Translations under genes and position numbers: made by a program
Source of the DNA: an uncultured delta proteobacterium
GTDB lineage: Bacteria > Myxococcota_A > Polyangia > Polyangiales > Houyiibacteriaceae
DNA: 64,000 bases
Direction: 5' to 3'
Assembly: GCA_963699755.1 (NCBI GenBank)
Contig: CAVOVB010000001.1
Span: forward strand, 1,184,001-1,248,000
The notes under the pieces: generated by a model
The model's input: the letters and a program-made list of their open reading frames with translations, nothing else
Databases searched by the model: none
Told to the model about the DNA's origin: nothing
Shown: positions 50,358 through 61,418 of the stretch, in pieces
How positions within the stretch are numbered: position 1 is the first letter of the stretch
Layout: every line of letters begins with the position of its first letter

Positions 50358-50513
50358 GGTGGCTTGACGAGAATACCCGCCTGCCACGAACCTGGGAAGG
50401 CCCAACCCAACCCGACGGGACAGCTCGGGCCAGCCTCTGGCGTGATGTCGACATGAGAGCTATGTCGCTCGGCGAGCTTGCGCGCCGCAGCCTGCGAAAC
50501 CGTTCAATGAGAG

Positions 50514-51536
50514 ATGCGCCAAATGAGCTGGTATCGAATTAAGACCGCACTCGTCGGGCTCAAGCGATTGGCAGAGCTGACGGAGGAGGACAAGCAAGCT
50601 TGCATCGATGCCTACAAGTTCTTTCAGGGAATGCAGGATGGCGCGCCAACCGAGACAGCGGATGAAACGAAAGCAGTCGCGGACTACTACAAGGTCCTGA
50701 ACAATCTGCTCTCGGTGTTCGACCTGGAGAAGCTCTATATCCCGCCGCAGCTCGACGAATCTCAGGGATTGTATGGGAATCAGCTCTTGGTGGAGCAGGC
50801 TGTATTGAAGGAGCTAGGTCTAGAAGACCCTAGGAGATCGCACCTCTTGGACATGGGGTGCGGGAGGGGGAGGGTCTCTCACCACTTCGCCACGCTGACG
50901 GGCGGTCAGGTGTCCGGATACAACATCGATCCCAACCAGATTGAGAACGCGATCGACTGGGCGGCGGAATGCGGAATGAGCGATCGGCTTCACTTCAAGG
51001 TGGGCAACCATCACGCGCCACTGGAGTACGACTCAGGAATCTTCGATGGATGCTTTTCCTTTCAAGCGGTCTGGCCGTTTTTCAAGAAAGAAGAGCTCGA
51101 CGCCCATGCGGAAGAAATGTTCCGTGTGTTGAAGCCTGGTGCCCGATACGCGTGCTCTGAGTACCTATTGACGCCGCATTTCGACTGGGAGAACGAAGAG
51201 CACGTGCGCCTGCACAAGGCGTTCTTGCCAACGCTCGCTGCGACTCAGTCCATGTATCCAGCGGATGTGTGCGCCGCCCTCGAAAGGGCGGGTTTTGCGA
51301 TCGTCCTTTCAGCTCCCTCGAAGAGGCCGGCCTGGCCGATTTGTGAGCAGAAGAGGGATTTGATTCTCGGCGGGCGAAAGATCATCAGGGCGCTCGAAGC
51401 AATTCGCATTTTGCCCCCCTGGGTCGAAGAGTCGCTCGAGCTTCTCCAAAGCGGTGGTCAGGCATGGACCGATGCGGAAAAGGCCAAAATTGCGGATTTG
51501 AACTGGAGAATCGTCGCGGAGAAGCCCCTGGTCTAA
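50514..51536 (+). CDS. Class I SAM methyltransferase, sterol-methyltransferase-like
   Basis: VADYY, LLDMGCGRG, GYNIDPNQ, EMFRVLKPG...EY..T..FD. Confidence 0.7.
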   Translation: MRQMSWYRIKTALVGLKRLAELTEEDKQACIDAYKFFQGMQDGAPTETADETKAVADYYKVLNNLLSVFDLEKLYIPPQLDESQGLYGNQLLVEQAVLKELGLEDPRRSHLLDMGCGRGRVSHHFATLTGGQVSGYNIDPNQIENAIDWAAECGMSDRLHFKVGNHHAPLEYDSGIFDGCFSFQAVWPFFKKEELDAHAEEMFRVLKPGARYACSEYLLTPHFDWENEEHVRLHKAFLPTLAATQSMYPADVCAALERAGFAIVLSAPSKRPAWPICEQKRDLILGGRKIIRALEAIRILPPWVEESLELLQSGGQAWTDAEKAKIADLNWRIVAEKPLV

Positions 51537-51671
51537 TCTGCCGTGGAGCTTGCGCCGATTCCGCTCTTGTGCGTGCCGGGCGGCGTCGGATGGATCTCCG
51601 GAACGCGCTCAACTTCCGCTTGGCTGGGCCAAAAATTTGCACCCAGGATCGTCCTGGGCATATCTGCCCTT

Positions 51672-51983
51672 ATGGACACCAAGACGATCAAGACCGCACC
51701 GAGGTCCGAATCCAAACGGTCGACGAACCGGAAACCAGCGAGCAGCGTCGCAGCTGCTGGCACAGCATCAAACCGATCATCTACAAACGCCGTCGGCAGG
51801 AGAAAGCGTAGCAAGCCCGCTCCAGAGCGATCGCCTGCCAGGCCGAACGTGGCGCTCAGCGGACCCCAGCGGGCTCAGCGCATTGCTGAAGCCGCGTACT
51901 TCCTCGCTGAGCAGCGCGCCTTTGCCCCAAATCACGAGCTCGACGACTGGCTCGCCGCTGAACGAAGCCTTTGGGGTTCCTAG
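51672..51983 (+). CDS. DUF2934 domain protein
   Basis: RIAEAAYFLAEQR.F...HELDDWLAAE after a basic low-complexity region. Confidence 0.8.
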   Translation: MDTKTIKTAPRSESKRSTNRKPASSVAAAGTASNRSSTNAVGRRKRSKPAPERSPARPNVALSGPQRAQRIAEAAYFLAEQRAFAPNHELDDWLAAERSLWGS

Positions 51984-52463
51984 CCGTGCGATCGTGGCGG
52001 GCACCAATCGGGAACAGTAGAATCCCGACGCCGACCCTGCCGACGTAGTTTCGGGATCGAAAGGCGGGCTGGCCAGGCGCTCAGCCCCAGCCGAGTTTGC
52101 CGATCGGCTGCTCGAACCTCTCCTCTGGAAGTCAAGCTTCGCTACAGAGAGATCGCGCAAGAGGAAGCAGTGCCAGAAGACGACGCGAGTGACGCGGCGC
52201 CCATGCCAGCCGCTGCGAGCATCCCTGAAGCCGTGTCGCGTCCTGCCGGAGTTGCGTTCAGATGCCCAAGTGCGCTGACCCCGTCGATCAGCCGACCGCG
52301 AAGAAGAAGTGGCCTTGGATCGTCGCCGCCGCCGCTGCCCTCGTGGCAGGCGCAGTCACTGCGGGCGTCGTCGTTTCACAACGTTCAAACCAAGACTCGT
52401 CGACAAGCGGCGGTTTCGCGGTGAACTGCTGAGTCGAATCACTCAGAGCGCAAGCGTCATCGC

Positions 52464-53031
52464 TATGCTGCTTGGTACGGTTGCGTCTTTCGCGGCCGGC
52501 TGTGGCGGCGGGACGTCTACGGACGGCCTGAGCATCGAGGCTTCGCTTGCCCCGGGGGATACGCGGTCGGCGCGGGACGGGGCGGTTCGGCCTCGAGCTC
52601 TGCGGCGATCCGTCGAGTGACCTTTGCATGCGAAAAGACGACGTCACGGTGAGCGCCGACTACGGGCCAAGAGCGCGACCGCGGCCGTCACTTTCAACCT
52701 CAGCGCCGCGTGCACCGCACCGCTCTCCTCAGGGCCGGCGTACAGCAACAATCAGTTCGCCAACATAGCTGGCGCTTGCGGGGGCTCGGAATGCGACCCA
52801 TGTGCCTGTCTCCCTCCGGGACTGCTCTGGGAGCAGAGCGTCGACCCGCTCTGTTCGAGCATCATCGTCGGTGCGGAGGACCTCTACTGCCCCGGGGCGT
52901 CCTCGACGCTGATCGATGCCGGCGACGAGCTTCTTCCATACGACCTCAACGACGGCGCACCCGGCAACTTCAACGGGAGCAGCCCCGACATCGGCGGTCG
53001 AGAAGACGGTCCGAACGCCTGCAAACCCTAG
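52464..53031 (+). pseudogene. Fragmented lipoprotein remnant
   Basis: FAAGC lipobox fragment, then in another frame a C-terminal LIDAG...PDIG..E motif typical of secreted beta-helix proteins. Confidence 0.45.
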
Positions 53032-53159
53032 CGTGCGACTCCGTTGAACGATAATCGCCGCGAATGATCGCATAGCGAAACGCAATCCCCACACGAGGCG
53101 CAGGACGCCTAACATGGCCTGATGCCGGTGTTCGTCGAGGAAGTCGAGTCAGAGACGCC

Positions 53160-54362
53160 GTGACCCAGAAGTGCCCCGCAAGAGTTCAACGCGTCGACTT
53201 CTGTGCACCGTCGACGCACGACGATCCGTACGAGATGTACGATCACTTCCTCGAACATGAGCCCATCTACTTCGATGAGAAGAACCAGCTCTGGGAGGTC
53301 TTTCGCTACGACGACATCGTCACGATCACGCGTGACACGGAAAGCTTCATCAACGCAGAGGGTGTTCGCCCGGGCATACCAGGCGATCCCGCGATGCTCT
53401 ACCAGGATGGCGAGCAGCACAAGCAGCAGCGCGCGCTGGTCTCCTCCGGCTTTACGCCGCGCCAGATGCGCAAGATGGAGGACCGTGCGCGCGAGATCGT
53501 GAAAGAGCTGGTCGACGAGATGCTCGACCAAGACGAAGTCGACCTCGTCGAGGACCTAGCCGCAGTTCTTCCTGTTCGCCTCATCTGCGACATGCTCGGC
53601 ACGCCGGACGAGAAACAGGAGTCGGTGCGGGAGTGGATCGGTGCGATGATTCCGGGCGGCCAGGGGCCCGACTACGTCACCGACGAGGTCAACGATGCCT
53701 TCGCGCAATTCGTCATGCACCACGAAGAGATGGTCCAGGCCCGACTCGCTGCCGGCTGCACGGGCAGCGATATCTTGACCATCTGGATGAATGCGGAAAT
53801 CAATGGGCAAAAGCTCGACGAGTCGCAGCTTCTGTTCGAGCATGCCTTGCTCAACGCTGGCGGAGCAGAAACGACCCGCAACGCGATCGCGGGCGGACTC
53901 GAGCGTCTCTCGAATGACCCGAAGCAGTACGACGCCCTCTACGAGGAACCGTCGTTCATCCCCAACGCGGTCGAGGAGATCATTCGCTGGGTGTGTCCGT
54001 TCGTCAACATGTATCGGACAGCCGCATGCGACTACGAGCTTCACGGCAAGGTCATCAAGGAAGGGCAGCAGGTCGGGCTCACCTATGCAGCCGCCAATCG
54101 CGACCCTCGCAAGTTCGAGGACCCGCATACCTTCGACATCTTCCGCGACTTCTCGAAAGGGGCGAAGCACCTATCGTTCGGCCTTGGGCCTCACTTCTGC
54201 TTGGGGGCTTCGCTTGCCCGCTTGGAAGTGCGTCTTTGCCTCGAGGAAATGACCAGACGTGTCAAGACGATCCGAATCCCGGAGGGCAGGGCGGTCGAGT
54301 ACATGTCCTCGTCCTTCACTCGTGGTCTCGCCAAGTTTCCGGCGGTCCTCGAAGCCCGCTAA
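53160..54362 (+). CDS. Cytochrome P450
   Basis: AGGAETT, EEIIRW (ExxR), FGLGPHFCLG. Confidence 0.95.
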   Translation: MTQKCPARVQRVDFCAPSTHDDPYEMYDHFLEHEPIYFDEKNQLWEVFRYDDIVTITRDTESFINAEGVRPGIPGDPAMLYQDGEQHKQQRALVSSGFTPRQMRKMEDRAREIVKELVDEMLDQDEVDLVEDLAAVLPVRLICDMLGTPDEKQESVREWIGAMIPGGQGPDYVTDEVNDAFAQFVMHHEEMVQARLAAGCTGSDILTIWMNAEINGQKLDESQLLFEHALLNAGGAETTRNAIAGGLERLSNDPKQYDALYEEPSFIPNAVEEIIRWVCPFVNMYRTAACDYELHGKVIKEGQQVGLTYAAANRDPRKFEDPHTFDIFRDFSKGAKHLSFGLGPHFCLGASLARLEVRLCLEEMTRRVKTIRIPEGRAVEYMSSSFTRGLAKFPAVLEAR

Positions 54363-54373
54363 TCTGGAAATCG

Positions 54374-56320
54374 TCACTCCACGTTGCGTTCGATGAACCG
54401 GAGCAGCGGCCTGATCACGTTGTTGGTCTCGTCGTCCTCCGCGGAAACGATGTCGACGTGGCTGAAGCCCTCCGACATGAACACCTCGAAGCCGCCTGCC
54501 GCATCGCCAAAGGTCGGGAACGCAGTGCTGGGCTGCCCACGGTCGACCACGCGCGGGGTACTGCCATCGCAGCTCGGCGCGGTGCAAGGTGCAAGCGAGT
54601 CCGCGTAGCCGAGCATCCGTCCTGGCGCCGGTACCAATCCGTTGCTGCCACCAAAGGCGATGACCGGAATGTTCACCTTGCGCGCCTGGGTCATGTTCTC
54701 GATGTCACTGCGGCCGCGCCCCAATGGCGGTGGCGCAGAGAGCGGCGTGGTGTCGAGACCCATGCCCGAGACGACCCCCAGCCCGGAGCTGGGATAGTAC
54801 CAATCTGAAAAGTTGGTTTGCCCTCGGTAAAACGAAGGCATCATGTGTCCTTCGAGATCGGTGGACTCTACCTCGGTGCCCCAGGGGCGGGCCTCGGCGA
54901 GCTCGGTTGGCCGAGGCCCGTTGTCCGTCAGGACTTCGGCTGGCATCTCGTCCCCGTAGTTCAGCCAGGTGCGCACGCCCTCCACTGTCGGACCGATTGC
55001 CCCGAGCGAGGTCGCGACGAAGCTCGCGAGGTTTGCCGCCGCGCCATCGTCGTCCAAGAACAGGCCGATCAGCGCAACCGAGGTGGCCGGCTCGGTCCCC
55101 AGCAAGATCACGAGTGCTGCCAGCTCCGGCACCTTCGCCACCGCATTGTTGCCTTCGATGCCGTTCTGATCGGCTTGCAAAATCGAGATCCCGCTGTCGC
55201 CCTTGAGGTCACCCTCGAGCGCCGCCACCTCCGACACCGCCAGGAGCTCGGGCGATAGGAGGCCGGCCACGACGGAGTATGCGGTCACCGGCCCGCATGA
55301 GGTGTTGGGGTCGAACTCCGCGCAGTCGTCCGCCCGCGTTGCAGCGGTGCAGGGCGTCAAGCCATCGATACAGCGGGGCTCTTGGCTGCGCACAGCTTCG
55401 TAGAGCCCACCGTCGAACCGCGCTTCGATTCGGTCCAGCTGTTCTTCACTCGGGGCTTCCGCGGGCAGGCTGCCACCGCCCCCTTCGAGCAAGACCAGGC
55501 CGCGGAGCTTTGCGTAGCCGGGTTCGGGGTCCCCGCCAGCCAGGTTGAAGTCCGTTGCGGCGTAGCGCGCCGTGAAGCCCGTTCCGGCGGAGTGGCCGCC
55601 GAGGAACACATTGGCGTTGCGCGCGGCGCTCCGAGCCGCCTCCACCACGGCATCGATGTCTTGCGAGTGCACAAGCGACGTCCATTGCGCCATGAACGCG
55701 AGGTCATCCCCGGTATTGTAGAAGATCGAGCGGCGGTTGAGCGTCGAGGCCAAGGTCGGGTGCATTTCGAGCTCGAGCTGCTCACCGAACAAGAAGTCCA
55801 AACCGAGCGAAGGGTCCTGCTCCTGCTCCGCCAGGTCGAGCCCAGCCGTGTCCTCCAACTGGTTCGAGCGCCGATCGACCGCCCAGACTTCGACCACCAT
55901 GGACGCCTCGTCCTTGGCGCGCCGAATCAGGCTCTCCGCGAGCACCGCAAACGTCGAAGCGCCGCCTTCGAAGCCCGGGACCAAGACCAGGATGGCATCG
56001 GGCTGGCTCTCGGCTTGGTCGGAGAGGTGGTAGCGCGTGTAGCGCGCTTGGTTGAGATCGAGCTCAGCGCTGCCAAACATTGCGATGAGCTTCGGGTTGG
56101 TCACCGTCACCCCTGGGCTGCCAGGCGTCTGTGCGGGCTTTGCATCGCTCGGCAGATCCACGGTCTCGAGCTCGAGCACGGAGCTCCCCGACTCGCCGGT
56201 GTCGCCCTCGCAGGCCGTCAGAAACAAACAGGCAGTCAGAAAGAAATAGGCCCCCCGAACCGAAAATGGCGTGGCGAGGGCAAGAGCATGGGCTTGGGCG
56301 GTCGATGACATCGGGTTCAC
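54374..56320 (-). CDS. Alpha/beta-hydrolase lipoprotein
   Basis: LTAC lipobox, VPG oxyanion loop, GGHSAG nucleophile, GFSHVD. Confidence 0.75.
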   Translation of the reverse strand: MNPMSSTAQAHALALATPFSVRGAYFFLTACLFLTACEGDTGESGSSVLELETVDLPSDAKPAQTPGSPGVTVTNPKLIAMFGSAELDLNQARYTRYHLSDQAESQPDAILVLVPGFEGGASTFAVLAESLIRRAKDEASMVVEVWAVDRRSNQLEDTAGLDLAEQEQDPSLGLDFLFGEQLELEMHPTLASTLNRRSIFYNTGDDLAFMAQWTSLVHSQDIDAVVEAARSAARNANVFLGGHSAGTGFTARYAATDFNLAGGDPEPGYAKLRGLVLLEGGGGSLPAEAPSEEQLDRIEARFDGGLYEAVRSQEPRCIDGLTPCTAATRADDCAEFDPNTSCGPVTAYSVVAGLLSPELLAVSEVAALEGDLKGDSGISILQADQNGIEGNNAVAKVPELAALVILLGTEPATSVALIGLFLDDDGAAANLASFVATSLGAIGPTVEGVRTWLNYGDEMPAEVLTDNGPRPTELAEARPWGTEVESTDLEGHMMPSFYRGQTNFSDWYYPSSGLGVVSGMGLDTTPLSAPPPLGRGRSDIENMTQARKVNIPVIAFGGSNGLVPAPGRMLGYADSLAPCTAPSCDGSTPRVVDRGQPSTAFPTFGDAAGGFEVFMSEGFSHVDIVSAEDDETNNVIRPLLRFIERNVE

Positions 56321-56486
56321 TCCGGATGCTGGGGAACGAGCCGGGAGCCTGGCACAGCCAGGTCGAAAACGGAAGTGCGGCCCGCAATCGAAGACCTCGA
56401 CCGCGCGAGCGATGTCGCCGACGAGGACGCTTGGCGCACTTCGCCATTGCGACTATCGTCCCCGTTTCAACCGGTGAGGTACTGAT

Positions 56487-59228
56487 ATGCGACGGCTTGA
56501 TTTCTTGGTGGTTGGCTCTTTCGTTCTGCTCGTTGCGCTTGCGGGCGTCGGATGCGGCAGCGATGAAAGCAGCAGCACGAACAGCGGCGGGAGCGGCGGC
56601 GCTACAGGGGGCGCTGGAGGTGCCGGAGGCGGCAATGGCGGCGCAGGAGGCAACGGAGGCGGGACTGTCGAGGGCTGGCCTCCAAGCGCAACCGTTTACT
56701 TCGACGAGCGCGGCGTCCTGGCTGCGGACTGCGCGACCGACGCCGACTGCATCAAGGTGCTCGGGTACTATCACGCGTTCAATCGTTTCGTGCAGATGGA
56801 GTTCCGGCGGCGTCTGACGACTGGTCGGCTCTCTGCTCTCTTGCCGAAGCTGCTTGCTCCGCTGGTCGGCGTGACCGACTTCGACGCCGACCAACGGCAG
56901 CTCTTCTCGACGCGCGACGGCGTGCCGATTGAAGAATACTTCTTGGAACAGGTCTCGCCCGAGCTCCTCGAGATTCTCGAGGCGTACGCGGTAGGCGTGA
57001 ACCAGTGGATCCGGGACGTTCAGACCGGCGCCAACGGCGCGAAGTTTCCTCGAGAGCTAACCAATGGACTTCTCGATTACGGCCCTGAGGACATCCCCGA
57101 TTGGACCCCACAAGATACGATATCGGTGTCGATGCTGCTCTTCGAGCAGCTGTCCAATAGCTATTCGGCCATCGTCAGGACGGGAGAGTCGCGCGCGCGA
57201 ATCGACGATGACACGCTCTTTTCCGACCTTTATGCCAGGCGGCCCATCAAAGAGTCTTCGATCCTCGAAGCCGGGACCTTTCCGCCGCCGGCGATGCCCC
57301 TGGCCGTGCCGAAGAGCCTTCAGCGCTGGGCCTCATCGCGGCCCCTCGACGCAGGGCCGGCGCTTCGCGCGCTTCGTGAGAAGCTCGACAAGGCCGACAG
57401 GCTAGGCCCGATCTTCGGGCAGGGGGAGATCGGCAAGGCGATCGGTTCCAACAACTGGATCGTGAGCCCCTCCAATACGACCGCGGGTAATGCGCTTCTT
57501 TCGAACGACCCGCACCTCGGGCTCAGCAACCCGCCGATCTGGTACACGGTGACGCTCGACTCCAAGACCAACGGCACCGGCACGCTCCGAGGCGCGGGTC
57601 ATACGGCTGCGGGTGTTCCCGTCGTCCTCATCGGTCAGAACGAGGACATCGCCTGGGGCGTGACCACCACCAACCTCGCGCTGACGGACGTCTACGTCGA
57701 GGAGCTCGTCGTCGATGAGCAGGGCGCACCCACTGGCGTCCTCTTCAAGGGCGAGGAGGTTCCGTTCCTTCGGAAGACCTTCGCCATCGAGTTCAACGAC
57801 GGCACGACCGAAGATCGTGAGCTTCTCTATGTGCCCCACCACGGCCCCGTTCGTGAACTCGACGCCGAAAACGGCGTTGCGCTGACCTTGAAATGGACAG
57901 TCCAGGACGTCAGCACCGACCTCGAAGGCTATTTCGGCCTCCTGGCTGCCACCAAGGTCACAGAGGCGCAGGCCACCCTGCGCAAGATCACGACCGCCGC
58001 GCAAAACTTCGTGATCGCGGACCGCGACGGCAACATCGGTTGGTTCCCCTACAACAGGGTTCCGAAGCGCACCTGGGCGACCAACCTCGACGGCGGCGCT
58101 GCACCATGGCTGCCCATCTCGGGGGCGGGCGACTACGAATGGGACGAGTACTTTGCCATCGAAGAGCTCCCACAGGCCATCAATCCGACCCGTGGCTTCC
58201 TCGCTACAGCCAACAACGACATGACGGGCGCGCTTTTCGACAACGACCCGACCAACGAAGGGCCACCCTTCCAAGTAGACGCCGCCGCCGGATACCGGCA
58301 TGCGCAGATCGTCCGTCTGCTCGAAGCGGGGGGTAACGCGCACTCAGCGCAGACGATGCTCGATATCGTCGCGAACACGCACTCCTTCATAGGCGAGGAG
58401 ATGACGCCGGCGATCCTCGCGATCGCAAACGACGAGACGACGACCCTTTCGGCCACGGCTCAGAAAGTGGTCAACGCGCTCGAAGCGTGGGATTTCGAGT
58501 GTCCGACGGGCCTCAGCGGAACCAACTCCGAGATGTCGCCGTTCGACACGACGCCGGGCGCTCTGGAGTCGGCTTCGGGATGCGCCGCGTTCCACGTCGC
58601 GCTCCGAGAGCTCAACAGCGCCATCACCCGCGACGAGAACGCACAGGGCAACCCCGATGTCGCCGCGCCGGAAGACACCCGCGTGAACTACGCGGCGTTC
58701 TACTCGATCGTCGACCCCGACCAGCTCGGTGCAGGAGACATCTATTGGGACGACATCGAGACGCCGCAGGTCGAGACGCGTTTCGACATCATGGCGATGG
58801 CCCTCGAAACGGCCGGCGCGTTCCTCGAAGCTGAGCTAGGCGCGGACGAAACCGAGTGGGCTTGGGGACGGCTCCACGGCGCCTTGCTGCGGTCTGACCT
58901 CGATGAGCTCGGCATCGCCCAGTACAACAACCCGGCGTCCGGCGAGTCCGCGTACGCGAATGACGGGGGTCTGTATACCGTGGACGTCGCCAACCCGAAC
59001 TCCGACTATCAGCAAACCGCTGGGCCCTCGACGCGCTTCGTCTGCGAGGCCTTGCCGGCAGGCGTCAGCTGCTCGTTCCAGATCCCCGGCGGCCAGTCCT
59101 CGGACATCGACTCGCCGAACTACGACGACCTCCTCCCGGACTGGCTCATCAATGCGCCCAGCCCGCTGGTACTCGACATCGAGGAGGCCAAGAACAACGC
59201 CGCGCGCACCGTGCCGCTGGGGCAGTAA
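56487..59228 (+). CDS. Penicillin/AHL acylase family Ntn-hydrolase lipoprotein
   Basis: GSNNW, NDPHL, IGQNEDIAWG.T, ATANN, PGGQS. Confidence 0.9.
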   Translation: MRRLDFLVVGSFVLLVALAGVGCGSDESSSTNSGGSGGATGGAGGAGGGNGGAGGNGGGTVEGWPPSATVYFDERGVLAADCATDADCIKVLGYYHAFNRFVQMEFRRRLTTGRLSALLPKLLAPLVGVTDFDADQRQLFSTRDGVPIEEYFLEQVSPELLEILEAYAVGVNQWIRDVQTGANGAKFPRELTNGLLDYGPEDIPDWTPQDTISVSMLLFEQLSNSYSAIVRTGESRARIDDDTLFSDLYARRPIKESSILEAGTFPPPAMPLAVPKSLQRWASSRPLDAGPALRALREKLDKADRLGPIFGQGEIGKAIGSNNWIVSPSNTTAGNALLSNDPHLGLSNPPIWYTVTLDSKTNGTGTLRGAGHTAAGVPVVLIGQNEDIAWGVTTTNLALTDVYVEELVVDEQGAPTGVLFKGEEVPFLRKTFAIEFNDGTTEDRELLYVPHHGPVRELDAENGVALTLKWTVQDVSTDLEGYFGLLAATKVTEAQATLRKITTAAQNFVIADRDGNIGWFPYNRVPKRTWATNLDGGAAPWLPISGAGDYEWDEYFAIEELPQAINPTRGFLATANNDMTGALFDNDPTNEGPPFQVDAAAGYRHAQIVRLLEAGGNAHSAQTMLDIVANTHSFIGEEMTPAILAIANDETTTLSATAQKVVNALEAWDFECPTGLSGTNSEMSPFDTTPGALESASGCAAFHVALRELNSAITRDENAQGNPDVAAPEDTRVNYAAFYSIVDPDQLGAGDIYWDDIETPQVETRFDIMAMALETAGAFLEAELGADETEWAWGRLHGALLRSDLDELGIAQYNNPASGESAYANDGGLYTVDVANPNSDYQQTAGPSTRFVCEALPAGVSCSFQIPGGQSSDIDSPNYDDLLPDWLINAPSPLVLDIEEAKNNAARTVPLGQ

Positions 59229-59294
59229 CAGGAGAGCCCGGTATCATCGGATCATCGATGGACAAGCAGCAGGAAGTCTATATATACTGTATGA

Positions 59295-61268
59295 ATGCAT
59301 AATTATAGTAATTTCTTGCTGGGGCTGAGCCTTGTGCTCTGCCTGGGTGGCTTGGTCGGCTGCTCCGGTGACGGCGGTGGCGGGAACAGAGGCGCAGGTG
59401 GCCAAGTCGGTGGCGGTGGGGCCGGGGGCGTCGGTGGCGCGGCCGGCGCCGGTGCTGGTTCGGGCTCCGGAGGGGACGGCGGAAGCGGTGGTGTCGATCC
59501 GGCGGACCAGTGCGGCGACGGCGAGCGCCAGGCGATCGAGGCCTGCGACGATGGAAACCGCCGCAGCGCGGATGGCTGTGCGGCGGACTGCATGATGGTC
59601 GAGGAGGGCTTTCGCTGCCCCGTCCCGGGCGCGGCGTGCGCGCCGCTGGTTTGCGGTGACTCTCGCATCGACCCGCCGGAGCAGTGCGACGACAACAACG
59701 CGAACGCTGGGGACGGTTGCAGTGCGAGTTGCCAGCTCGAAGCGGGTTGGATCTGCTTGCAGCCCGGCGTCGCTTGCAGCGCCGCGGCATGCGGCGATGG
59801 CATCGTCGCGGGATTCGAGCAGTGTGACGACGGAGGCACGGCCGACGACGATGGTTGCTCGGCAAGCTGCCAGCTCGAAGACGGATTCAAGTGCGAGACG
59901 CCTGGCGCGCCCTGCACGACCACGACCTGTGGTGACAATACCAGAGAAGGCACCGAGCAGTGTGACGATGGGAACGTGACGCCCTTCGATGGCTGCGACC
60001 CCCACTGCAAGAACGAGCCGAGCTGCTCCGGTGGCGATTGTCAATCGGTCTGTGGCGATGGCGTCATCCTCCCCGGTACAGACGAAGCATGCGACGACGG
60101 AAACACGGTCGGGGGCGATGGGTGCTCAGCGACCTGTGAAATCGAAAGCGGCTTCACTTGTACGACGATAGAGTCGGAGCTTCCCGACGAATTCGTGGTG
60201 CCGGTGATCTACCGTGACTTCCGAAGCCGACAGAGCGGCGCAGGGGTTGACCCCACCTTCCACCCCGATTTCAACCCTCCTCCAACGGGTAGTCACCTAG
60301 GAATTCCTACCAATGAGCTCGACGCAGCGGGCAAGCCCGTGTTCAACGCAGCCGGGGCTGGCGTAGGCACCGGAGGCTGGCCCCAAGACAGCGCTTCGTT
60401 TGCTGCATGGTATCGGACGAGCCCGACGCTCGTCGCCGACGGCAACATCGAGGTCGTCCGAGAGCTCACCCTCGCCCGGCCCAACCCAGGCATTCCGAAT
60501 CGCTACGAATTCTCCAGCGCCTCGTTCTTCCCGCTCGATGACGACGGCTGGGAGTTGGAGGCTCCGCCGCTCCAAGAGCTGCCGATGACCAATGGACACA
60601 ACTTCGGTTTCACCACGGAGGTCCACTACTTCTTCGTCTACCAGGGTGACGAGGTGCTTCGTTTCGAAGGCGACGACGACCTCTGGGTCTTCGTAGACGG
60701 CCGCCTCTGCATGGACATCGGCGGAATTCACGCGGCCGAAGATGGGGTGATGAGCTTCGACCCGGCGGTGGTCGATGCCAACACAGCGCGCCAGGCGATC
60801 GTCGACGCTTGTATCGCGGACCTGGGGCTTCAAGAGGGGAAGGTCTACGAGGTCTCGATCTTTCACGCCGAAAGGCACGTGACGCAGTCGAACTTCACGC
60901 TGACACTCGATGGATTCGTCACCGAGCGATCCGAATGCAGCGACCAGTGCGGCGATGGGATTCGCACGCGCTTCGAGTTCTGCGATGACGGCACCGCAGA
61001 AAACACCGGCGAGTACGGGCAATGCAACGAAACCTGCACGGCCCTCGGCCCGCACTGCGGCGACGGCATCGTTCAGGAGATGTTCGAAGACTGCGACAAC
61101 GGAGAAAACCTGGGCGGCCTCAACGGCTGCAACCCCGATTGCAGCAGCGGCCCGTTCTGCGGCGATGGGATCCGCCAGCCCGAGCTCGGCGAATCCTGCG
61201 ACGCCGGCGAACAGAACGGCGAACAGGGCTCCGGCTGCAGCGACCTCTGCGAGGTGGTCGTCGAGTAG
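59295..61268 (+). CDS. Fibro-slime (PA14-like) domain lipoprotein with myxococcal Cys-rich repeats
   Basis: CGDG...EQCDDGN...DGCS repeats; YRDF, HPDF, FFPLD, HNFGFTTE, GDDDLWVF, FHAERH. Confidence 0.88.
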   Translation: MHNYSNFLLGLSLVLCLGGLVGCSGDGGGGNRGAGGQVGGGGAGGVGGAAGAGAGSGSGGDGGSGGVDPADQCGDGERQAIEACDDGNRRSADGCAADCMMVEEGFRCPVPGAACAPLVCGDSRIDPPEQCDDNNANAGDGCSASCQLEAGWICLQPGVACSAAACGDGIVAGFEQCDDGGTADDDGCSASCQLEDGFKCETPGAPCTTTTCGDNTREGTEQCDDGNVTPFDGCDPHCKNEPSCSGGDCQSVCGDGVILPGTDEACDDGNTVGGDGCSATCEIESGFTCTTIESELPDEFVVPVIYRDFRSRQSGAGVDPTFHPDFNPPPTGSHLGIPTNELDAAGKPVFNAAGAGVGTGGWPQDSASFAAWYRTSPTLVADGNIEVVRELTLARPNPGIPNRYEFSSASFFPLDDDGWELEAPPLQELPMTNGHNFGFTTEVHYFFVYQGDEVLRFEGDDDLWVFVDGRLCMDIGGIHAAEDGVMSFDPAVVDANTARQAIVDACIADLGLQEGKVYEVSIFHAERHVTQSNFTLTLDGFVTERSECSDQCGDGIRTRFEFCDDGTAENTGEYGQCNETCTALGPHCGDGIVQEMFEDCDNGENLGGLNGCNPDCSSGPFCGDGIRQPELGESCDAGEQNGEQGSGCSDLCEVVVE

Positions 61269-61418
61269 GCCGAGGAGAATTTGCGCATCGACGTAGCTTT
61301 TTCCGCTCCTCGAGGGCAACGGAATTTTTACGTATAGACACGCTGACGCCCGCTGAATAGCCTCGCTGTTTCCACCAATTACAGGCCCGTGCCCAGCGGT
61401 GCATCGATGGAGGCGCTC

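Noticed and set aside
59275..59310. AT-rich tract with tactgtat resembling a LexA box
   Set aside because: The second half-site (ACAG) is absent; most likely just a promoter region.
59505..60140. Regular repeats suggestive of a CRISPR array
   Set aside because: These are degenerate in-frame Cys-rich protein repeats; there are no identical repeats with unique spacers and no cas genes.
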